Below, piece by piece: positions 1 to 9,592 of a stretch of DNA of 64,000 nucleotides. The notes below the pieces were generated by a model. The model saw only the letters and a program-made list of their open reading frames with translations. It ran no database searches and was not told the origin of the DNA. Where the stretch lies: IMG/VR virus record IMGVR_UViG_3300004151_000006, positions 186,001 through 250,000 of that record; one strand, 5' to 3'. The position numbers and the translations under genes are program-made. How positions within the stretch are numbered: the stretch's first letter is position 1; each line of letters begins with the position of its first letter.

Positions 1-2
1 TT

Positions 3-230
3 AATACAATAATCAGTACTTTAGAATGGGACACAGTAGTTAAAGAAATAGTAGAATTTCTTATTAATAATAATAAAGCTATTAATCTCCCATTTTATTT
101 CTTAGAACAACTAAAGATTGATCATCTTAATCAAAAAGAATATCAGTATCCTGAAATTATTATCAAAACCATTTGTGGATATACATTGGATGTTACAACA
201 GGCATCTATGAAGGAGCAATTGAAGCATGA
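3..230 (+). CDS. 3' end of a hypothetical protein, truncated by the window edge
   Basis: Open frame from base 3 to TGA at 228-230; the stop overlaps the next ATG (ATGA coupling). Confidence 0.6.
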   Translation, partial: NTIISTLEWDTVVKEIVEFLINNNKAINLPFYFLEQLKIDHLNQKEYQYPEIIIKTICGYTLDVTTGIYEGAIEA

Positions 231-1378
231 TCATAGCCATTAAACCCAGTTCTTTTGAACCATGTATAAAATTTGTAGATAGTAGTACTACAAGAGTAAT
301 TCGTGGTACCCATTGTGGTGAAAGTTATTATGGTATTGGTGGATATTTTCATGTCTCTGATAAAATCCAGAAATATAGAATCACTGAATATCATCAAGGT
401 GTTTATATTGAAAGATATTTTGTTGGTCCTAAGGGATACTTATTTCATCCAAAATGGAGATCTGATAAATTGCTTTGTCAGATTATGATAAAGACCGTTG
501 ATCCCAGAGTAAACATTTATCGGGGTGATATTACCCATGTACTCATTGATAGACGTGGTATTGAAAAGTGTTTAAAGCTTTATAATGATTTATCTGTCAA
601 TACAAAGTTTCTCAGTAATATCTTTTATAAATGTGTAAAAGCTGAATGTGAAAATGATGCCTATTTAGGAGAAGCTTTTGATGATGCAGAATGTAGTATA
701 GATCAATATCAACAACTTAGTTGGGTATTATCTAAACATTTAAATCATGGTAGAGAATTTATTCCACATTATCAACCTGAAGACATTATGAATATATTAC
801 TTACAGATTTTCAAAGTATACAGCGTGGATATATACCTACAAGACAATTGTTATATTCAGTGGAAGATCTTTTTGTACCAGATGGGAGTCTTACATTTCC
901 CAATAGATTCAGTGCACAAATACTCAAAAATCCAGGTACATCACAAGATGAAATCATGTCACATGTCGGTGGTGAAATAGGGAGAGATAGTGTATGTACA
1001 GATGATGTAGAATTTATGGATTTAGCAAAATATAGATATAAAATTAAACCAATCACCTATTATAATGAGGCTATCATGGATCTAATTGATGTGTGTAGTA
1101 CTATGGTCTATAGTGATCTTTATTTCGAATATATATCATTAAAATGTGGTAATATAAAATCTACTGTAAGATATGCTGGTGTAATATTAGATTCAGTTTA
1201 TTCAAATGATATATTGAGAAATATAGCTACCATTATCATAGATGATCTCATGCCTACCATTGGTGAGTTTAAGTTTTATAAAACATATGATCAAGAGATC
1301 TATATTGAAGCTAACAATGAACTTATTGTAATAGACATGGTTTTAGGTAATATTATTTCTTTAGCACTACATAGGTAA
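227..1378 (+). CDS. Hypothetical protein, 383 aa
   Basis: Long ORF coupled to the upstream stop, GAAGGAG RBS; no motif recognised. Confidence 0.75.
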   Translation: MIIAIKPSSFEPCIKFVDSSTTRVIRGTHCGESYYGIGGYFHVSDKIQKYRITEYHQGVYIERYFVGPKGYLFHPKWRSDKLLCQIMIKTVDPRVNIYRGDITHVLIDRRGIEKCLKLYNDLSVNTKFLSNIFYKCVKAECENDAYLGEAFDDAECSIDQYQQLSWVLSKHLNHGREFIPHYQPEDIMNILLTDFQSIQRGYIPTRQLLYSVEDLFVPDGSLTFPNRFSAQILKNPGTSQDEIMSHVGGEIGRDSVCTDDVEFMDLAKYRYKIKPITYYNEAIMDLIDVCSTMVYSDLYFEYISLKCGNIKSTVRYAGVILDSVYSNDILRNIATIIIDDLMPTIGEFKFYKTYDQEIYIEANNELIVIDMVLGNIISLALHR

Positions 1379-1433
1379 TAACAAATTTATCTTTGTATCT
1401 AAATTGATCCGAAAAGAGGAGGGCTATACATAT

Positions 1434-3041
1434 ATGATCCCCATTCTGCCCAATCAAGCATTGCCAAATTATATCAATGATGCAAATATGTTCATGCAGG
1501 GTAGTGCATTTTCTTCAAGATGTGCTACCTTGTATTTATTTACTCCAAAACATCTGTCGGATCAATTCCGCAGACCTCATGTATACAAATTTGAACAGCC
1601 CTTTATTTGGAATATCCAAAACACTATTGAACATAATAAAGTATCACAGCGTAACATCAATATGTCTTCATTCATGGTGGGTAATGCTGAAGCTAATACT
1701 TCCGTTATGCCAAATATGCATGGTATCCCCATTCAAACTAATCCACTTCGTATAATGTGGACATTTGTACTCATTGTTGACAATGATAAAGATCCTTCTA
1801 TTGGTATGTATCTTAAAGTGAATCAGAGAGCCATTTATTCTGGATATTGTACAGATGAACCTGTTAGTGTTGGTCTTAATGGTATGAATCCTCAACCTAA
1901 TCCACAGTGTTTCTTTGTAGTGACACATCGTACTTCTACTAATGTTGGAAATGTAATTAGTCAAACTGGTACTGTGCCACAAATGCATGTATCATCCAAT
2001 GCAGATATTTTACCTGTAGATAATATCATCATGACTTCACCCACTCCTGAGATTTATGATATTACACCACGATCCATTAATAGAAATGTAGTGGATAATC
2101 CCAATAATGGAACAGTTGATGTGTTTGCTGGTAATCATAGTTTACTACAACGCAATGCGGCAAATCAAAACGGTAATCCTATTATTGATGCGGAGTTTTC
2201 TTCTCCTAAACACCATATGCACTGGGTAGTCAATAATCTTCAAAAAGCTATACTTGATGTACACCCACTGGTTGGTAATGAACAGGCTCTTCTCATGCAG
2301 GGTAGTGGTACATCTATGGCTGAAACTTCATTTGATAGTTATATGGATGCAGCTTCACCATCTAATTATAATGATCCTTTAAATAGTAATCATCCCATTG
2401 CATTTCCAGATATCTTGCGTAGGTATCCTGATCTTGATATTAAAGATTGTCGTGCACCATATGAAACACCTTGGTATACTGATACTGCTAATCAAGGTGA
2501 ATCTACTCCTAAGAATGTAGCACAAGCTGTACTCTCATATACTGTACCTTTCCTTCTCAATGAATTTCAGTTGTGTGATGTTTCATTTCGATATGCTAGT
2601 TATATGACAGATGGCATTTCTAATATCAAAGGTATGGATCAGCCCGATATGGTCACAAGTATCATCCCCATGGCAGATGAATTTAGATATCAAAAATATC
2701 GAATGTTCATTGAACGTATGAAGATCTTGGTATTTCCAATCTTAGAACAAATCGATGGTCCATTTGATCTCATGATGACATGTTCAGTCTCTGGACCCAG
2801 TATCATCAATTTACAATATAAAGATTATAATGCAAATAATAACTTTTCAGGTTTTTATGAAACCAATAATCTTTTTGGTGGTATTAATACACCTCTGGTT
2901 GGTACAAAACCTATCTTTGAAAATAATGTCAATGAATTGGCTAAACTCAAAGGTTGTATCCTGGAAGCTGCTATGCCCAATCAGCAGTTTTTCACAACAG
3001 ACAATTGGTCTCCAATGACCGATTGGACTAATCTCGAATAG
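1434..3041 (+). CDS. phiKZ gp69-like protein (PicA/Imp1, phage-nucleus protein import factor), putative
   Basis: Position upstream of gp70-like and nvRNAP genes matches phiKZ order. Segments LYLFTPKHLSDQFRRP and WTFVLIV...RAIYSGYC resemble the family as recalled. ATG 1434 follows AGGAGGG. Confidence 0.5.
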   Translation: MIPILPNQALPNYINDANMFMQGSAFSSRCATLYLFTPKHLSDQFRRPHVYKFEQPFIWNIQNTIEHNKVSQRNINMSSFMVGNAEANTSVMPNMHGIPIQTNPLRIMWTFVLIVDNDKDPSIGMYLKVNQRAIYSGYCTDEPVSVGLNGMNPQPNPQCFFVVTHRTSTNVGNVISQTGTVPQMHVSSNADILPVDNIIMTSPTPEIYDITPRSINRNVVDNPNNGTVDVFAGNHSLLQRNAANQNGNPIIDAEFSSPKHHMHWVVNNLQKAILDVHPLVGNEQALLMQGSGTSMAETSFDSYMDAASPSNYNDPLNSNHPIAFPDILRRYPDLDIKDCRAPYETPWYTDTANQGESTPKNVAQAVLSYTVPFLLNEFQLCDVSFRYASYMTDGISNIKGMDQPDMVTSIIPMADEFRYQKYRMFIERMKILVFPILEQIDGPFDLMMTCSVSGPSIINLQYKDYNANNNFSGFYETNNLFGGINTPLVGTKPIFENNVNELAKLKGCILEAAMPNQQFFTTDNWSPMTDWTNLE

Positions 3042-3055
3042 GGGAGACCACATAT

Positions 3056-4669
3056 ATGGAATCATTCACGAGTCAGGATATCACAGATTTTGTTAAACTT
3101 ATTGTTGAAGCTGGTGGTGGGTATTATGTTGATGCTGATAATGTGATTCGAAGAGAGAAGACTAATGATATTTGGTGTATTGAAACAAATGATACTCCTC
3201 CGCGTAAAGTAAAATTGGTGATTTACAATCACAATCAAAAAGATTCAGATGTCATCATGGTCAATCCATTTATTGAAGGTTTGCAAACATCAAAAGAATT
3301 ACAGTGGTTTTATATCACTAAAAATCTTGTAGTGTCTGTGTATCTCAAATTGCTTTATATTAATATTATCAAAGAATGTTTGAAAGTCAAAGCTAATCAA
3401 GAACTTGATAGTAATATTGTGAAACTTATTTCACCCTATTTGGAAATGGTAGATGATAAGATGTATGCTGAAATTGAAACCATCACAGCTAAGATCCACA
3501 CATTCTGTGACATTTATTGGAATGTGAATAAGAAATCTAGTGAACTCAAAGTCAGTGTACTTTCTGAGAATTTTAGAAAATCTTTTGGTAAGAAGATCCG
3601 TCAGAAGACTTGGACATATCTCATTGAAGTGGCAAAAGCTATCTTTGGTACTGATGATCCATCTTCTGTTTATCGAATGAAATCAGATAATCATGGATGT
3701 GCTAAGTTTGAAGCATTCGCTCAAGTGTTCTTGATGGTATTTAAAGCTTATAGACCGTATTTTGTATTGACTCCTGATTTTAAAGCATTTGATTTTGAAG
3801 CTATGGAGAAGCATATCTCCATGATTCCACTTTATTATCATCGTGCTAAAAACCTTGTGTCTCCAGCTATTGTGGATCAAAAGAAAAAAGCTGTAACTCC
3901 AGCCAATCCTCCTTGGAAGCCAGTTCCAGTTATGGCTACCAATGTGGAATACATTCCACCGGCTGCACCAACAGTGGCGACTCCAGTCATTGGGTCTGCT
4001 CTCGGTACTCCGGTGACACCCACTCCAGTACCAGTACAACAAGCTACAATCCCGACAGCACAAGCCACCGTGCCGGCTATCCCTGTGGCAGTACAGCCGA
4101 TGGCTGCACCGACATATATGCAGCCACCTATCTCTGTGGGACATGCTGTCCAGGCTGCTATGATGGCACCCCAGATGATGAACAATATGTGGGGAGGGTA
4201 TCCCCAAAACCCTATGGTACAGCTGCCACCCATGCCCCAGGTGGCAGCTGTGGGCCAAATGGGTGCACCATACGGTAACATGCCCATGATGATGGGACAA
4301 CAGCAGTATCCCATGATGCAGCAGCCTGGAGCAATGCCCACTCTTGGTCAAGCTATGGGAACTGTACCACAGCAACCACAGATGTATCAGCAGCCCATGC
4401 CTGTAGGGTACCCCAATCAAATGGGATATCCCAATATGGGTATGCAGATGCAGCCAAATATGGGACTCATGGGTATGCCGCAACAGCAGCAAATGATGCC
4501 CATGCAGTATCAGGGTATGATGCCCCAACAGGGTATGTATCCTGGTCAATATCCTATGCAGCAGCAGATGATGCCTGCTAGTGATACCATGACGATGTCA
4601 TCAATTGGTGTGCCGATCCGTATGAGTAATAATCCTGATAATAATCGTGCAGCATATAAACGTGGATAA
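3056..4669 (+). CDS. phiKZ gp70-like core protein with a long Pro/Gln/Met/Gly low-complexity C-terminus
   Basis: N-terminus (DFVKLIVEAGGGYYVDADNVI...KLVIYN...NPFIEG) resembles the gp70 family and synteny fits; the last ~230 aa are PQMG-rich. Confidence 0.55.
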   Translation: MESFTSQDITDFVKLIVEAGGGYYVDADNVIRREKTNDIWCIETNDTPPRKVKLVIYNHNQKDSDVIMVNPFIEGLQTSKELQWFYITKNLVVSVYLKLLYINIIKECLKVKANQELDSNIVKLISPYLEMVDDKMYAEIETITAKIHTFCDIYWNVNKKSSELKVSVLSENFRKSFGKKIRQKTWTYLIEVAKAIFGTDDPSSVYRMKSDNHGCAKFEAFAQVFLMVFKAYRPYFVLTPDFKAFDFEAMEKHISMIPLYYHRAKNLVSPAIVDQKKKAVTPANPPWKPVPVMATNVEYIPPAAPTVATPVIGSALGTPVTPTPVPVQQATIPTAQATVPAIPVAVQPMAAPTYMQPPISVGHAVQAAMMAPQMMNNMWGGYPQNPMVQLPPMPQVAAVGQMGAPYGNMPMMMGQQQYPMMQQPGAMPTLGQAMGTVPQQPQMYQQPMPVGYPNQMGYPNMGMQMQPNMGLMGMPQQQQMMPMQYQGMMPQQGMYPGQYPMQQQMMPASDTMTMSSIGVPIRMSNNPDNNRAAYKRG

Positions 4670-4692
4670 TAGATTGATTCATTGATTATTGT

Positions 4693-4729
4693 GCTACAGA
4701 TAGGGAGCCTGGGGCTCCCTATCTGTAGC
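4693..4729. terminator. 17-bp stem hairpin after the gp70-like gene
   Basis: GCTACAGATAGGGAGCC-TGG-GGCTCCCTATCTGTAGC; T7 run about 20 nt downstream. Confidence 0.7.
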
Positions 4730-4775
4730 TTAAAGAGTATGTACATCTATTTTTTTATAAGGAGAATAAGACATT

Positions 4776-6338
4776 ATGGGAACAGAAAGCGGTACTATCG
4801 GAATAAAGCCATTAAAGCTATCACTGTATTTTGGTACAGCTGCAGCAGATAAAGAATTTAATGGTAGAGAAATCAAAGTTTATATCACAGATTTTCTTCC
4901 TTATCTGAGTGGTAAACTTGAAGCCACTGAAATAACATCAAAAGTTGGTTTAGAAGACGATAGATCTGATGGTGGATCTGGTGAAGCTAAACAAACTAAT
5001 ACTATCACTGCCACATATTCAGATCTATTCACTAATAGAAAGTGGCCACCTGATATACGTAAAGGTGAACAAGTATTTGTTTTCAATGTGGGGGACAGTG
5101 ATACATATTATTGGTTTTCACTTGGTAGAGATGATAAATTAAGGAGATGTGAAAAATTACGTTGGGAAATCTCAGATGATGTGCAATTTATAAAAGAACT
5201 CACCAATGACAATACTTGGTATGTGGAGATGGTTACTTTACCTGATGAAGAAGGTAACCCAGTAAAACAATTTGTTATATCTACTGCTAAATCTGATGGT
5301 GAAGAATTTAGATATTTGATTAGGATTGATGCGATAGCTAATACACTTCAAATCAATGATGATGCCGACAACATGATACTTATGGAATCTAAAGAGAAAC
5401 GTATATTTTTACGTAACACTGATGGTTGTAGTCTTGAATTAAATAAGAAAAATGCTGCTTTAGTTGCTGTAGATGAACTTACTCTTAAAGCTGGAAAATT
5501 GATAGTCTTTGATGGTCCATTATTAGCAGATCAACAAGATACTAAAGATAAAGCAGCTATCAAAATAGCAGATAATATACATTTCACTGCAAATGAATCA
5601 TTTGTCATTACGACACCCATGTTAGGTATACGTGGTCCGAAAAATGAAGATACTGGTGAAGAAGAACAAGTCAATGTGACTATCTGTGGTACACTCCTCA
5701 CCAAGATGTTTGCAGCTATGTGTACGAGTATGGTTAAGTTTGATCCGAGTGCTTGTGGTGAGAATCCATGTGAAGAAATTGACAGTGAAGAAGCCAATAA
5801 TAATGTAGAATCTTTAGTCATGCGATCTATAGCAATGTTTGGTGCAGAAACTAATACCTTAAAGAGCAGTGGACCTGATGAAGGTAACAGACCTGAAGAA
5901 CTCAAAGAAGAATTTGCTGATGGATGGGGAGCTGATGAATTGAGAGATGATTATCATTTCCATGATAGTAATGTACCATCTACAAGTGCTTCTGCTTATA
6001 ATGGTGTTGAAATAGATATAAATACTGCAAGTTGTAGTGAAACTGGTAATGAAAAAAACAGTGTAGATACTGAATCTGGTAGACACTTGGCTGCATGGGA
6101 TCAAATCACTTCAGCTTTAGATAGAAATTCTGTAGCCATTCAAAATATTCGTGAAGCCATTGATAGACTAGCTGAAGTAGTATTGGATACGAGTGATGGT
6201 TCTAATCCAGAAAAGCAATCTTCATATATGGATATATTAAATGAGATTAAACAAAAGACTGAATATGCCGATAAACTCGGTGTAGAAGCGAGAGTTCTTG
6301 GTGTCAATAGTTTTGTAAAAAATGGTCACACTGGATAA
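4776..6338 (+). CDS. Baseplate spike / cell-puncturing protein (phiKZ gp164-like, Gp5-type OB fold N-terminus)
   Basis: N-terminal IKVYITDFLPYLSGKL...TITATY...NRKWPPDIRKGEQVFVFNVGDSDTYYW matches the recalled gp164-type pattern; beta-rich middle; acidic C-terminal extension. Confidence 0.6.
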   Translation: MGTESGTIGIKPLKLSLYFGTAAADKEFNGREIKVYITDFLPYLSGKLEATEITSKVGLEDDRSDGGSGEAKQTNTITATYSDLFTNRKWPPDIRKGEQVFVFNVGDSDTYYWFSLGRDDKLRRCEKLRWEISDDVQFIKELTNDNTWYVEMVTLPDEEGNPVKQFVISTAKSDGEEFRYLIRIDAIANTLQINDDADNMILMESKEKRIFLRNTDGCSLELNKKNAALVAVDELTLKAGKLIVFDGPLLADQQDTKDKAAIKIADNIHFTANESFVITTPMLGIRGPKNEDTGEEEQVNVTICGTLLTKMFAAMCTSMVKFDPSACGENPCEEIDSEEANNNVESLVMRSIAMFGAETNTLKSSGPDEGNRPEELKEEFADGWGADELRDDYHFHDSNVPSTSASAYNGVEIDINTASCSETGNEKNSVDTESGRHLAAWDQITSALDRNSVAIQNIREAIDRLAEVVLDTSDGSNPEKQSSYMDILNEIKQKTEYADKLGVEARVLGVNSFVKNGHTG

Positions 6339-6349
6339 AGGGAGGATAC

Positions 6350-6925
6350 ATGCTTTTTAAACCAAAACAAATATCTAAAGATTATACATTCATTTTAAAA
6401 GATGTTATCTATTCTTTAGAATATCCAACTATAAAGTTTACACAACAATATGAAACAATGGCACCTATTTTAAAATCATGGATCAATGATGAGTGGCATA
6501 TCATTAGTGCTAATCTTGGTATCCCAATTCAAAATAGAGTATTGGTACAATTTGCTAAAATAGTAATAAGACATATAGCCAAACCTGAATATCGTGAGTA
6601 TCTTAGAAAGGTGAGTCAAGATCCTAATGGTTTTACTACTTTTAGTAGATTCATGGACATAATTGGTATGATTCATATTGCATGTGAACCAAAGTTTTTA
6701 GATATATTACGTATACGTTTTTTAAAATCACACATAGATGATGTGTATGGTAAGATGTATAATGGAGAGGAGCCAGAGCTCCTCCCCACTGCTGAAGACT
6801 GGATCAGTTGTATGGAAGAATTTCCATGGGTATGGATCATACCACATATTCAAGTTTTGTTTTATGGCGATAGTAATATACAAACTCAATTCAACGTTTT
6901 ATACCAGCAGCAATTACGGCCTTAA
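6350..6925 (+). CDS. Hypothetical protein, 191 aa
   Basis: ORF with GGGAGG RBS; 3' end overlaps the convergent gene by 35 nt. Confidence 0.7.
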   Translation: MLFKPKQISKDYTFILKDVIYSLEYPTIKFTQQYETMAPILKSWINDEWHIISANLGIPIQNRVLVQFAKIVIRHIAKPEYREYLRKVSQDPNGFTTFSRFMDIIGMIHIACEPKFLDILRIRFLKSHIDDVYGKMYNGEEPELLPTAEDWISCMEEFPWVWIIPHIQVLFYGDSNIQTQFNVLYQQQLRP

Positions 6926-7256
6926 AAATACTAAGTAATTTATCGATATAACTAGTATCCGGTATACGAACATTAGTATTTAATTGATTAAAATCCATAT
7001 CAGAAACTAATTCATTGATAAACATAAATATCCAAATATATTTAGGATCTTTAATATTGTGATTTTCTTTTAAATAGAGTTCTGGTCTAAAGAGATATTG
7101 TTCCATATCTTCAGGAGTGATAATAACTTTAGTTGAATTATCCAATATTAATTGTTTATGATCTTGAATATAAATACGCCAATCTTCATAAGCTTGATTG
7201 TATTTTGATATATAGTTATTGAGTCTATCTGATAATTTGATCTGATCTAAAGCCAT
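6891..7256 (-). CDS. Conserved small phiKZ-type protein (LysM-like / baseplate wedge-like), putative
   Basis: GGAGG RBS before ATG 7256. Pattern WRIYIQDHKQLI...YLFRPELYL...IWIFMFINELVSDMDF...IPD resembles the small gene found divergent to the nvRNAP beta in these phages. Confidence 0.45.
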   Translation of the reverse strand: MALDQIKLSDRLNNYISKYNQAYEDWRIYIQDHKQLILDNSTKVIITPEDMEQYLFRPELYLKENHNIKDPKYIWIFMFINELVSDMDFNQLNTNVRIPDTSYIDKLLSIFKAVIAAGIKR

Positions 7257-7345
7257 GGTATTTCCTCCATACAATAGTGGATTTTATTCATCAAATATGT
7301 ACATATATATTACATCTAAGAGACAATATAAAGGAGGAATCACAC

Positions 7346-9592
7346 TTGTTAGAACCGGACTCCTTTTGTGGGAATTGTACGGTAGATTTAAGGTTTGTTG
7401 GTATTGGTCCACTCTTATCACCACTTTCAGAGACAGATTCATCCCAACGACTCATGATGTATGGGGCACATTTGCCCCAAGCTATGATCCTTAGTGGATC
7501 TGAAGCACCAGAAATTGGTACAGGTTTTGAATTGTTAGTTGGAAAATATGAATTCAATCCTTCTAAACGTGATAACGATATTCAGATTTTAGCTGCTATT
7601 AGAAAATATATCCCAGAGTGTGGACCATGTCCTATCAAATCAAATTCTAATCCACTCACTACTGTTATCTATCGTGACAATAAAACTGGTGAAGTAAATT
7701 ATTTTGAATTACATAAATATACAAAAGGTAGTGATGGGCATGGTTATGAAAATCAATTGATGAATACACATCTTCTTAGTAAAGACAACTATGTTCCCAA
7801 AGAAGTACAATTTCAAACTTCTCCATGTCATAAAGATAACATGTATGGTGTTGGTCTTAATGTAAAAACTGCTTATATATCTTTAGAATCAATCACTGAT
7901 GATGCATTTGTGATCAGTGAATCATTAGCTAAGAGATGTCAATCTACAGCTATTCGTACTGTCAACTTTCAAGTAGGAATTAATAAAATCCCACTTAATC
8001 TATATGGAAATGAAAGTGAATATAAATTTATGCCTGATATTGGTGAAGCAGTGAGATCTGATGGTATCCTTTGTGGATTTAGAGAACCAGATTCAGTGTC
8101 TTATGCATCTGATACTCAATTTGATGCACTTTCTAGGATTCAACCATTACATGATACTTTATATTTTGCACAACATCCAGAAGGTGTGGTGATTGATATT
8201 AATATTTATGTAAATAAGAAACATAAGATCCCCAGAAAGATCTATGATCAGATTCAAAAATATCAAGATCAGAATCATCGATATCACATGTCTATCATTG
8301 AAGCGTATAATGAAGCTAAACAGCGTGGATATCCCATTTCATATGCATTCAATACATTAGTGACACGTAGTTATGCATTACTTCGTGCAGATGGTCGCGG
8401 AAAGATCCCTGGACTTACGGCTAAACCAAATATTACACTCATTCAAAAGAAAGACCCCATTGAGTTCTTATCTATATCTGTAACTTATATGTATCCTAAT
8501 GAAGTAGCTGCTGGATATAAATTTACTGGACAATGTGGTGATAAGGGTGTTGCGTGTATTATATTACCAGATGATGAGATGCCCATGGATAGATATGGTG
8601 TACGTGCAGATATGATACTTGATCCCGCATCAGTATTTAACCGTATGAATCCAGGACAGCTATATATTCAAGAACTCACTAGAAAGAATTTATTTATGCG
8701 TTGGCGTTTGCATCATATGCGTAATGGTGGAGACATTTATCAACCATTTTCATTTCAATTGCCTGATGGTAGTATGAGTGATCCAGTACCACCCATCGCA
8801 TCCGATATAGTAGTCAATTCACCATATGATTTGTTATTGCAATATTTTCACGATATGAATCCAAAATATGCAGAGATGGTAAAAGCTAATATGCAATCTT
8901 CTATGGATATTGAAAATCTTCTTAATGAAAGTATTAATCATGGTATTTATTTAATCATGCCACCGTTTTTAAAACACACTAAACCTGAATGGTTTTTAGA
9001 AATGGATAGAAGATATCCTTCACCGGCTACTTCAGTACTTATCACTACTAACAGACGTGATGGTAGAAAGAAATATGATTGGACTATCAGTCCAATAACT
9101 ATTGGTTTAAAATATGTATATTGTTTGTGTAAGATTCCACAACTTAAATCTTCTGGTCCCGGATATATCAATCAACACAAGACACCAATTCATCCTTCTA
9201 CACATGCTAAGTTACAATATCCTATTTCACAGACACCAGTGCGTGATGGGGAAGATGAAGTACGTAATAAATCTATGGCAGCAGGGCCTGCACCAGTAGC
9301 ACGTATGATAGCATTACACGCTAATAGTCCAGATGGACTTACTGCACTTATGGAGAATTTAATCTATAATAAGCATCCAACTAAGATCAATCGAATCCCA
9401 ATGACTACCCGTGAACTCATCAATACAAATTGTATCAATATGACTACACAGCATTTGTTTAGTACATTTGGTGTAGACATTTTACAGCAAGTTGGTCCTG
9501 GTGAATCGAGATATGATAGTTATATGGAGTATCTCAATATGGTCAATGGGGGAGTCATCGATGATCGAAGTGGCTTACAGTCAGATAGTTGA
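7346..9592 (+). CDS. Non-virion RNA polymerase beta subunit, C-terminal part (phiKZ gp71-73-like)
   Basis: Beta motifs DSSQRLMM, GYKFTGQCGDKG, DMILDPASVFNRMNPGQ and PVRDGEDEVR; TTG start at 7346 after AAGGAGG. Confidence 0.9.
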   Translation: MLEPDSFCGNCTVDLRFVGIGPLLSPLSETDSSQRLMMYGAHLPQAMILSGSEAPEIGTGFELLVGKYEFNPSKRDNDIQILAAIRKYIPECGPCPIKSNSNPLTTVIYRDNKTGEVNYFELHKYTKGSDGHGYENQLMNTHLLSKDNYVPKEVQFQTSPCHKDNMYGVGLNVKTAYISLESITDDAFVISESLAKRCQSTAIRTVNFQVGINKIPLNLYGNESEYKFMPDIGEAVRSDGILCGFREPDSVSYASDTQFDALSRIQPLHDTLYFAQHPEGVVIDINIYVNKKHKIPRKIYDQIQKYQDQNHRYHMSIIEAYNEAKQRGYPISYAFNTLVTRSYALLRADGRGKIPGLTAKPNITLIQKKDPIEFLSISVTYMYPNEVAAGYKFTGQCGDKGVACIILPDDEMPMDRYGVRADMILDPASVFNRMNPGQLYIQELTRKNLFMRWRLHHMRNGGDIYQPFSFQLPDGSMSDPVPPIASDIVVNSPYDLLLQYFHDMNPKYAEMVKANMQSSMDIENLLNESINHGIYLIMPPFLKHTKPEWFLEMDRRYPSPATSVLITTNRRDGRKKYDWTISPITIGLKYVYCLCKIPQLKSSGPGYINQHKTPIHPSTHAKLQYPISQTPVRDGEDEVRNKSMAAGPAPVARMIALHANSPDGLTALMENLIYNKHPTKINRIPMTTRELINTNCINMTTQHLFSTFGVDILQQVGPGESRYDSYMEYLNMVNGGVIDDRSGLQSDS

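Noticed and set aside
227-1378. Assignment as the gp68-like nvRNAP specificity subunit, based on position
   Set aside because: No recognisable similarity to gp68; left as hypothetical.
3683-4549. Long antisense and alternate-frame ORFs over the PQM-rich region
   Set aside because: Shadows of low-complexity GC-rich coding sequence; no RBS or protein-like features.
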